From: Callorhinchus milii
Taxonomy: Eukaryota
Direction of reading: 5' to 3'
DNA length: 64,000 nt
Assembly (NCBI RefSeq): GCF_018977255.1
Contig: NW_024704742.1
Coordinates: 95,916,001-95,980,000 of the forward strand
Both the position numbers and the translations under genes were made by a program. The notes under the pieces are model-generated. The model made no database searches, was not told where the DNA came from, and saw only the letters and a list, made by a program, of their open reading frames with translations. Shown one piece after another: positions 37,435 through 48,262 of the stretch; the stretch's first letter is position 1, and the number at the start of each line of letters is the position of its first letter.

Positions 37435-39148
37435 GTACGTGGGCTTCCCAGTCTGCCTCTTACAGTGTGTATACCCATCTTATTAACTTATTTTTGTGTG
37501 TTCTATTTTGTGTTTGTGTGTGCAAAAAATACATTTTTGATGCTTAAATTTGCAAATCCTGTAAAATGTTAAGATTTTACACCTAGTCCAGACAATAGCT
37601 TTAGGAATAACTTAAATTTATTTTGGGTGTAGAACATGTGTAAACAATGCACGGAAAATGCCCTACTTCCCAGTAACTTCAGATTTACCCACAAATGGTT
37701 GGTGCCTTGTCAAAAGCCTTCTTTTCAATTCCACTGTAACTGCAGCGTTATTTATTTCTACTTGCCAGCAGCAGATAGTCAATCACACATGATGTATTAA
37801 AGTAATGAGCTATGTATACTATTAGCTGCCAAATGGGTACTGTTGCTTCTCTTTCTTCTCCCTCCCCCTTCCCCGCCATTAACATCAGCATTTGAAAATA
37901 ATTATTCAGTCTCGATATTTTCCCTCTTGCTTTAAACAGAGTCTGCTGTCATAAGGGCTCTCCTTTTTTAAATTTTATTCATGCATGAGAGGATTTGGCA
38001 AATTCAAATTACTCATTTATCAATTTATGTTAATTGCTCGTGTGAAGATGCCCTGCTGATTTTTATCGTTCTCGGAGACACTTTGTAATGATAATTAGAC
38101 ATGCCGCTGTAAGGATTAACACTGGCAAAGACCAATGACGTCTATAGACAAAGAGACCAGTTAATCCATCTGTGCTCAAAATTACATTCCAACTGGAGAT
38201 TGAAAAATAAGAGCTGTGGATTAGTGCTGATAAAAGAATTGGACACAGCTTGAAAACTTTTCTTTCATCAGTTTCTCAATTGCAGATCTGCAGTCAATTT
38301 GCTATTGGCAGTCAATTAGGTGAAATAAACTGGGAGGGTGACCTTCATTTCCTTCTAATGGCTTTGTCCTGAAAACAGTGAGCATCGATGAATTTTAAGA
38401 GCACATTTTTCATGCTGTTGTTTTGCATGCATGTGATTAACTTAGCCTTGCATAAAAATCCATCCTCTTTCTTTGTACTTTTTTCTCTTTTGATTTTTGC
38501 AAAAACAATTAAATCCATATTGTAATTGAGAAATCCCTCATCCTGTAGTTCTCCCTCAAATAGGATATATTTTTAAATGGGGTGATGGGAGAAAAAATGA
38601 CCACCACTTAATGTTTAGGGACATCCTCCTCAAGTGCAAGACACTATACAAATGTAAATTGTTGTTATTGTTAATGTCGGTCCATAGATGAATGAAAAGG
38701 CTAGTTCCCTCCTTTTGTTAATTTGTGATGCAACTAATAATATTTGTTGGGTATTATGGCATTAAATGGCCAACTTATACCGCTTTTACATTATGGATTT
38801 ACTAGCAATGATGACAGATCTGCCAGTGAGATTGTAAAATGTTTTGAAGGATTACGTGTGCTTCAAATGCTGCCAAGACAAATGGGTTTATTTGATTGAA
38901 CCAAATAAGAAATAAAGCTTTAGGTTTAGAAAGGCCATAACCATAAAACTGTTTTTTAATCCCTTTTTGTCTGCCCATAACTCCAACGTATTCTAAAACT
39001 AAGGCTAGCTAACTAAACCTATTTATTCTAGTCTTCTGTCTATTCCACCCAAACAGTAACTGGCACTTAACTTGCTAGCGTTTTTTAAAAAAAACCTTGC
39101 TCTGTTAAAAGTGGTAGGTTAAGTTTGAGAATGTGATAGATGGAGAAC

Positions 39149-39364
39149 TAGGGTGAACTTGCCTTCTCTTCTACAACTTTTAAGGGAGGAAGGAAGGCTG
39201 CTGCTGTTACCCAAGCTGCTGTTACGTGCAGTGCTCTATAAAATCCATCATAATGGCAATGCTCTTTACCACAATATAACTCTATTCTAACATGCTTTGT
39301 TATAATGCGGGTTTGCTTATTGAGTTGTGGACCCTAACATTTTTACTCCCAAAATTCACCACTA
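39149..39364. mobile_element. Possible MITE-like element with imperfect terminal inverted repeats
   Basis: Starts TAGGGTGAACTT and ends AAATTCACCACTA. The first 22 bp recur exactly at 40857-40878. Confidence 0.45.
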
Positions 39365-40951
39365 ATTCTATTGACACTTCAAAACATTGGCCAGCATATG
39401 AGAAGCCAAAATGGCCAACCTCCGAGTCGTCAGGATGTTGCTGACTGCATGCTGAGTGAGTGCGGTAACGCTGACTGACAGTCACTCCCTGTTTATGGCT
39501 TTGATCAGGATTTTATCGATCCTAACAACTGTTATTACCAGTCTCTTCTGTATCTGGCCCTGTTGTTCATTTTAACATATTGCAAGATATGTTTGAAGAA
39601 CTCACAACCAATAGAAATGATTACTGCATTTTACAAATGGCGTGTCCTTACAAGGCCTGTTAGAGGCATTCAGTAGAAAGGTTACCACATATATTATATA
39701 GGGCAGGGCAAATGAAATGCTCTGAATTTAACATCAATGACTTTCCCTCAGCTAATTGAACTATTTTTTTTTTTTTTAAAAAAAAACTACTTTGAAGTAA
39801 TGCAATCCTTGCACTTATTATTATAATATTCATTATTATCATTAATTCTGTTACCTGAGGTTAGAGAAGATATACTTCTCAGGTCAGTTTGTGCATCAAG
39901 TGCCAGTAGCATCCAAAGGAGATTTGAGTTGTGGTCATGACCAAGATCATTTTAGTTTAAACCACAAGTGTTTTTGACATTGGATGGAATACCTTGCTTA
40001 ATGAAGCTTTAGAATGTGATCTCGTATGAAGTCATGAAATTCTTGGTTTGAAGTGGACATAATGAACCGTTCCCATTGAAGGGTGAAAAAAATCCAGTAC
40101 TGGTAGTTTGAAAGTTCTAAGGATTGTGTCGTTAGATATTGACTGAATGAGTCTTGTTTAAATCTATATGGTTTTGGAGTCTTTTATATTTGAGAAACTT
40201 GGGTGAATGGTTAAGGTGCCCTGGTATATTAAAATATACCACCAAAGTAAAGGTTGGGGTGGGGGGAACATTACATTAGTCAAGAACAGCAGTTTGTATT
40301 AGACTTTTGTGATAGCTATTAGACTTACAAGAGATATGAAGAAGTGAGGAAAAACAAAATTATCATTGCCTTGTTGAAGGGCATGGGAGAGATTGAGTAA
40401 TTCAGCCATTGCACAATGAGAGTAGTGAAGATTGTGTGTATTGAGAATGATCCTAAAAATGTAGTATATTTAGAGTGGAATCCTCAGCAAGAGTCGATAT
40501 GCCTGTTTGATAAGGGGAAGAGGCCATTCGTAAGGGAAAGAATGCTCTTGACCTAATTAGGAAAAAGGTCAAATAAATAATGAACTACACCTACCTAATG
40601 CAATTTGAGGTCAGAGTTACATCCCATGGGATGAAGATCGATAGAGAAAATAGTAAACTTTCTCAAAAAGAGCTAGCGATTGATGGGAAGAATGACAGAA
40701 AGATGGTATTGACGCAAGTTTTGAGATAACTTTGGCAAATGCCCAGAAGGAACTATCGCTGAAATAGTAGGAAGACAACAGTTAATGCTGCTTTCAATCT
40801 AGTTGCATTTAGCAACTTTTTAATAGACGATTTATATAAATTGCAAGGAGAGAGTGTAGGGTGAACTTGCCTTCTCTTTTAAGAAATCCATTTCCTGCAA
40901 TTCCGGTGCTTGCTGGTAAATTTGCATATGGTGCCCGGTCAAAACAGGAGT

Positions 40952-41254
40952 GGAGTCCTGTAACAGCTCAGTGGTTAGAGCACTCGCCTTGCAAGCGAGA
41001 CACCTGGGTTCAATTCCAGGCAGGGCAAAACCTTAGGCAAGTTTCCTTACTCCACACACCTAATAATAATCCCTCCAAAACAAAACAATAATAAATTGGT
41101 CATTTTCAATCCACGACTGTTTGTGGGACATTGCTGTGCGCAATTGGCTGCCGCGTTCGCCCACAAATATGTGGTCAATTCACTTTACAGTCTATTCTGT
41201 GAAGCTCTTTGAAGACGTAAAAAGCGCTATATCAAATGCAAGGATTATTATTAT
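40952..41254 (+). mobile_element. Young tRNA-Ala-headed SINE, full length (intron 6)
   Basis: ggagtcctgtaacagctcagtggttagagcactcgccttgcaagcgag...tgcaaggattattattat. Confidence 0.92.
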
Positions 41255-41510
41255 AAAACTCATTGAATCGTGGGAAACGTATTTTAACCCATCCGCATGC
41301 ACACTTACCATCCGCAGTGCCGAACTATCGCATTCGCACTTACCGGCTCATTGAATTACTCATGCTCAGTGTAGATTATTGATTAAATCTGATTTTATTC
41401 GATTTATACAGTTAGCCTGCAAGTTGGACTTCGCCTAAGTCATTAAATCTTATGCGCCCGACTGATATGACTTATGTGCATTTTACCGTATTAACATGAT
41501 GACAACTTTC

Positions 41511-41724
41511 AAAGGGTAGTGGAAATCTGGAACTCTCTCCCTCAAAAGACTGTGGATGCTGGATCTATTCAAATTTTTCAAGACTGAGGTGGATAGTTTT
41601 TTTAGGTAAGGGATATGGGGCTAAGGCGGTTATTTGGAGTTGAGGTACAAATTAGTCATGATCTAATAGTGGAACGGCAGAACAGGCTCGAGGGGCTGAT
41701 TGGCCTACTCCTGTTCCAATGTTC
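41511..41724 (+). mobile_element. CR1-clade LINE 3' end (second subfamily)
   Basis: RVVEIWNSLPQKTVDAGSI.., then the tail aggctcgaggggctgattggcctactcctgttcc. Confidence 0.82.
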
Positions 41725-44700
41725 AAAAAAAAAGCTCAGCTTTAAGATTGGTCATGTACCCTTTATTGCTCTTCTGCAGTACCCTAAACCATTTATAAAA
41801 TGAGTCTTGTTCGACTTGTTCCACATCCTTTTGCCAATCTATTTAGGGACTTGCTTTCTAGATGAGTCCAAATCATTTTGTGATCCTCTCTGAATTTCTG
41901 TGAGCCTATTAAGTCTCAAAGCAACCTTATCAAAGTGTCTGTTTCAATGGACCCACGCTAATTTTGAAAGGTTTCAAAATATCTTTGTAAACTGAATTAG
42001 TAATTATATCTTTCCTTCCTTACTTCCCCAAAATTGTTTGTCTCGTTTGAGGAGTACTTCAGCTCTGGAAATTTTGCTGCGTGTTTTTTTATATAAATTT
42101 TAAAATGTTTAGTTTTCATAGTAATCCTGCTGAGTTTCTCCAGTCAAGTGGCCATTTTCAGCATAAGAGTTTAAATAATTATCCTATGCTCTACAATTGG
42201 TTTCATGCTCTTGACACATGCTTGATTTTGGCCTGAAAGAGATTGTGCGCATCCTGACAAACCAGAGCAGCGTAAAATTGGGTTGACAATTTTTAGGGGA
42301 CCTTTGCTCCCCATCATTGAACATGCAATGTGTGTCAACCTGTCTCCCCGGGGCAAACGGACAACAGAAGTCTATCTATTCAAACTCGCAGCAGCTGCAA
42401 TGCGAATAAATGCTGACCCATTTTATCGCAGCTGCCTGCGTGGTGAAGGGACATGACCTCGTGTTAAGGACAATGGGGGTCATGCACTAAAAATGCTGCC
42501 AGTTAGACTAAAAGGATAAAATGTTTCTCCTTAAAGTCCACTTTTCGTTTTTTTTAAAAAAAATTGAATGCTATCTGGCTTCCAAGTTCTCTTTTCAGTT
42601 TCTTTCTGACAGCCTGTGTTTGTCTCTCCTGTCAGATTAAATGCTCATTTGTCAACCACTGCTAATATAGGTTTAATTAGCAATCCTTCCGATAAGTGTT
42701 ATTTTTTCCCCAATGGGCAGGAGAAACTCATAAATATCACTTATTTAACAGAGTTTAATTAGCAACAAGCAGTGACAATTCAGGTGTCTTGTTCTTTTTG
42801 GAAAGCAAGCTGAGAACTTTAGGGGTATTTCAATAGCAATGGGTGGTGCAGATTAAAGCAATGCAGAGTTAACCCTTTCAAAACTGCTCTCTAGTGTAAA
42901 GGCATTATGTGAAGGTGTCATAGTTCTGTGTGTCTGGAAGGCCAGACAGATGGCATTTCACAACGTTGAAACTTTTTTCTCGGTCATCACATGATGAGAT
43001 TTGCCACAGGGTTAACAGATGTTGGTTTATTTTTCATCCCTCAGTAGTAACACCCAGCTATCTCGGGTGTTATACCGTGAGAGGCTTAAGAGGATGGGGT
43101 TAACCTTTTGAGGTTTTATTCTTGTGATTAATTGGTTAATCTTTCACTGCCCTATAAATAACTTGACTGAGGACATGTGATAAGACAGACAAAACCAAAT
43201 GCTGTATGAACTGCAGTACTTGATTTTTAAAAACAAAGTGTTTGGTATTGAGCAATGGATATTACTGATTCAAGCTGGAAAGGAAGGGAGTAGATGAACT
43301 GTAGTTTTTTTGGTAGGGGGATGGGAGGAGCTGAAGAACATCTGGGTTGTTTGATGCATGGTGAATAGCAGGAGAGCTAAATTGTGAGTGTCTGCCTAAT
43401 TGGGTGTTAGCAAGATTATTTGCCGTATGTTTTGATAACGGGTGATATCCAGCGGTGAGATCTCGTAAGCAGTCTTAAGCAAAAACCTCTGAGCATTGAA
43501 GTCCTGAGTGATGACCATCCATTTCCACTGCAGACTATGACCTGTTCTGTACATTGTGTGAATTTAAAGTTTTTCCATGGTGGGGGCAGTGGGTGCATAA
43601 AAGCCCAAGTGGAACCTATCGTTGCCGCTTTATCATTGGTTTAATTTTTGAGTGACCTCAAATCTAACCTTGCACTTTTTTCTAAAAGTCTAATTTCACT
43701 TCCTGCCCCCCCCACCCCCCACCATTATAACATACTAACCCCTACTTCTGATGTGGAAGCATTAATTAAATTAGGTTATTTAATCAAGTAAACACATTGG
43801 TACTCCAAATTGTCTATTTGTCCAGTTTTGTATTTGGCCCAAACACTGATCAGTAAGCTAGCCCTCCACACTTTGCAGTTCAGATTCAGAGACTGGCTTT
43901 CTTGAATGTTTAAAACCTAAGTAGTGTCTGTTATTTCATTTCAACCCTCCCTCAACCTGGTCTCACAAAAATAATCCTATTATAATCTACATTTCAATGG
44001 AGAGGGGTGGACAAATTAGCTTAATGCTCTTGCTTGTCGGAGATGAAACATTTCTGTTCTTGTAAGCTTCTTTGAGTTGGTGCTGTCACATAATCTGTCT
44101 GCATTCTAGTTATTTTCATAAGGTCTGTGGTTAATTGCTGTCAGTTCAGTTGTCTGTACATGCTTCATTGCTCCTTTCAAAAAAAATCGGACACAACACT
44201 TATAGAGAGAATTGGTGGTGGTAATTAGTAATGGTACTGACCTGTTACTTCAGTTTCAGTGAACATAGTTCCAATGGCAGGTGTCAAGTTTTTAATTGGG
44301 TACTAATGGGCATGGCTGGTAGACCATAGTGGCGTTATCAAAACCAGTTTCGTATTTTCCTTCCCTCTTCTTCCTCCCAACAATAATCGAGTACCACAGG
44401 GTTCTAATGCAGTTTTATACTGCAAAACTGAAAGAGGAGATGCAGACAGCTTGACTGTTTTCCTACGCCTGCTCAACTTACAGTTGTGAACTTCTAAAGA
44501 ATTTGTACATGTACCATATTTCTGACACTATGGCACTACTTGGCAATTCTGTCATATTCAGTGTGTATGCAAGAAGGCCTCTAGTCCACAGTCTCCTACC
44601 CCCTAGCCACTGCCTTTCACTCCGACTCAACAACTTATCATTGTTTTAGATGGAATCATCTTACTGTGGGATAATGGCTGATCAGACTTTAAAATGGTCT

Positions 44701-45073
44701 GATAGAATATAGCGCTAAACATTTATTCACTTTTGCATTCTGGGTTACAGAAGTAGGCTTCAATCCACAGGCAAACTCAGAATCTAAAAGTGATACAGAA
44801 TCAAATGGGCACTAATAATAATAATCCTTGCATTGATATAGTGCCTTATGTCTTCAAGATGCTCAAAATGCTTCAACGAATTTACTGTAAAGCGGTCCAA
44901 ATGATATATTTTGTTTTGCAGACCTCTCAAGAGCTGCACTTGCTGTATCTACTTGTTAGATGTGTGTTGTACTTAATCCAATTTCAAAGTCTTTCCTACA
45001 ATGCTGACTTCTTGTGTGCTAGATATCATTGATCTGTAGCTCCTTGCCATCTAGTACTTTCCCAACTGGCTAT

Positions 45074-45240
45074 TATTAATTATAATCTTTGCATTTGATA
45101 TCATGTTTCATCACGTCTTCGAGACGTCTCAAAGCGCTTCACAGAATATACTGTAAAGTGGATTGATTGTATATTTTGTGGTCGAAATGTGGCAACCAAT
45201 TGCACACAGCAGTGTTCCACAAACAGTTGTAGATTGAATT
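45074..45240 (-). mobile_element. 5'-truncated SINE (3' half shared with the young SINE)
   Basis: gagacgtctcaaagcgcttcacagaatatactgtaaagtg...cacagcagtgttccacaaacagttgtagattgaa matches the reverse complement of the SINE body. Confidence 0.85.
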
Positions 45241-47163
45241 TTTTTAAGGAATTATTCATATCAACATACTATTTGACCACGGATTGTCATGACTGAGTCC
45301 AGTCTTGTCCTTGTCTGACATCAAAAGCCTCTGAATCATCAGGAATGGGAACCTTGGCTAAGTTCTAAACTAGAGCTTGCTGAGGCCAATTAAGTACAAT
45401 CTGGGGAAGACCACATAGGCCAGAAATGCACAGCGTAGGACTCTCTGACAAATGCCTCTTGGAAGTACTGAGAGAATGGCTTGTTCTTTCTATTTGCGTC
45501 CAGTTGCCTACAGAGTTGGGAATGAAAACTTGGCTCGGGATGCGGCAACCTCCTCCGCAAATAGCGATAGTTGTTCATTCATTTTGCAACTCTAAATGGG
45601 ATTTCCGGTGTCATTTGTGGCGGGTTGCACCCTACCCTACTTACTGTGTGCTGTACATTATCCATACGTTAATTCCAATTATGATGACATGAACTGAATG
45701 CCATGTTGCTATTAGTTGCTATTTTTCTCCTTTTCTCTCATTGACTTTTCTTCTTCCCTCCCCCCAACCCCCATCTGAATGGGTTTTTATGGAACCGTTG
45801 GGTTTTATGGAACTATCTTGTTTCATGCAGCTGGAGATGCTGAAGGTAGTACTGGTTTTAAATTGTAATCTGCCTCTACCAGTAATGCAAGCAATGTAAT
45901 CTATTAAATTGATCTCCGTTGCTGAAAGATCAGTTTTTGAACTTTGCAAACCAAACACTTAGGTATTATTCTGTGTATTTTTCACTAGCCTAAAGCCAAC
46001 ATTTATGTTGCAGACCTGCTGCTTGCAGCAATGTGAATAATGTATTATTGTTGCCTCTAGAGGTGTTTGTAGACCCACCCATGCAAGGCAGTAATACTGT
46101 TTTAGCATTGCTGAGCAGTATATAGTCTCTTCATTACAGATATTCCCAATCACAACTTCACAATCACTGTTCATGTGTAAAGTTTGTGTATGCAAATTTT
46201 TTGTGATGTTGTGGGTTCTGTCCCGTTGAGTAAATAAGGCAATGCCAGCACCAGCGACCTTAGTGTTTCAGAGCCAATTATGTTTAAGATGAAATACTCT
46301 GCAATCTAACCATGCTAGTCAGTACTTTTTAAATAACCATTCTTGAATGTTAGCAGCATTGCTTGTTTTCTGCCAAAATGATAGGCATTTCCATTACACC
46401 TATCGTGATTTCCTTTTCCATGGAAATGTCCATTGCTGCTGTTGAAATCAAATATCTATCATTATAATCAAGTTTCAGATGATTGGAAAGTGATATTTTA
46501 AGCGGGAAAGCTGTGCCATAGATTAGAAATTTACTGGAATAATTCTAGAATTATTTTGTACTGATATTTCTAAACTTTGTTTAGGAAGACATTGGAAGAG
46601 CTCCCTTGATGGTTGAGTGGGTTGTGGTGTACTGCTCTTTTATGGTCCAACTTCTGTAGTCTTTGACTGAGTTAATCTCAGCTGGGACAGTGGCAGTGTT
46701 TGCATTCCTACATGCTGTGCAGTACTTGAGCTAGATTTTGAGCGCAGTAGCGAGCTTAGTTTCAGTGACCCCCCCAAGATTGAATTATTCACTGTCCATA
46801 CTTACTAATCAAGAAAATTCATTCACCTGATCATGTCTTTAGAGAGTCATTGTCTGAACTGTCTCTTGCATGAATTAAAGGGGTTGGGGCGAGGAGAGAA
46901 TAAGAGAAGAAAGTGAGCTTGAAACCCATTTGAAATGAGTTTAGTGGTCTGATAACTTATCTGTACCTCAATACCCATACTACATTTTTTTGTAAAAGAA
47001 CATTTTAAATCTTGAAGGGTATTATCTATTCACCATGTAAAACTAACATGATGTACTTACATCTACAACATAAGTGCTCTAAAATGGTGCAATCCTTTAG
47101 ACTTAAGTAATATTCAATTCCATTATTTGGGTTTGCAAAGTGCAAATGTAAGGATTATTGCAA

Positions 47164-47332
47164 TGTGTGTGTGTGTATATATATATATGTGTGTGTGTGT
47201 GTCTCTCTCTCTCTCTATGTATGTATATATAATATATGCATATGTATGTATATATATATTATACACACATATATATTGCATCGTACTGCTATGCAGGCAG
47301 ATTATTTTTTATAGTTTTTTTATATATATATA
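47164..47332. repeat. Compound (TG)n/(TA)n/(TC)n microsatellite
   Basis: Directly visible dinucleotide runs. Confidence 0.85.
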
Positions 47333-48031
47333 CAGATCAATGTATGTATTCACACATTCCCATAGTTAACTCTGGCTCAGGATTCTCATTATGTTTTATA
47401 TGAATCTGTCAGAGCATATAAATCAACCTTGTATCTATTTTATGATCTAGAGTTGAGTTTTTAACTTCAAAATGTAATTGTGGTAAAATAGCTGGCTTTA
47501 TATATTTAAAAATAGCAACAGAAATATACGTGTGCTTGGGGGTGGGTGGGGGGAAGAGAAAGTTAAAACTGAACAGGTTTTTATTTCAAAATTGGCAACC
47601 AATTTAAAGATGCTGCATGTCAAAATGGACTTGAGAAACCAAATAAAGCATGTTTTGTGTGGAGACTAGACATGCATGCAGTGCACTTAATCTGTATGGG
47701 CTGTGTTCCACTTGTAGAACCTGACTTATTTATATTCCATTTATGTGCTTGTGGTTTCTGTTTATAGACACAAGTCTGCCAGTATCCCCACTAAGCAAAA
47801 GTGCCATTCCACTAATGCTCATTGCAGTTGAGGAGATAAGGGAGCAAGATTTTCTTTTGAGTAAATACTACATATTAAACTATTTTTAATATTTTTAACG
47901 GCTAGAATTGCATTGCATTTGTTGCTGAAATTTGCCTGGGAAAACCAGCTGTCCAGAATAAAAGTAACAATCTCATTTTCTTCTCTTGTTTTTGTTTCAC
48001 TGGCAACCAATGGTGATCTCGATATCAACAG

Positions 48032-48236
48032 CAACAGCAGCTTCAGGCTCAACATCTGTCCCATGGCCATGGACCTCCAGTGCCTCTCACCCCTCACCCA
48101 TCAGGACTCCAGCCTCCATCAATCCCCACACTTGGCGGTAGCGCAGGCCTATTGGCCCTATCAAGTGCTTTGGGTGGACAGTCCCACCTTTCCATGAAAG
48201 ATGATAAGAAACACCATGATGCGGATCACCACAGAG
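48032..48236 (+). CDS. TLE1: TLE1 exon 7 (GP domain), [68 protein letters not shown]
   Basis: caacag acceptor, 205 nt, GAG|gtgaga donor. The GP-domain sequence is TLE1-type ([27 protein letters not shown]). Confidence 0.96.
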
Positions 48237-48262
48237 GTGAGAGGCAAGGCAGACCTGACTAG
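48237..48262 (+). CDS. TLE1: Intron-7 read-through C-terminus GERQGRPD* of a short (200-aa, Q+GP only) TLE1 isoform
   Basis: The frame continues G|GT GAG AGG CAA GGC AGA CCT GAC TAG. It resembles the C-terminus I recall for mouse Grg1-S (GERPGKPD). Confidence 0.65.
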
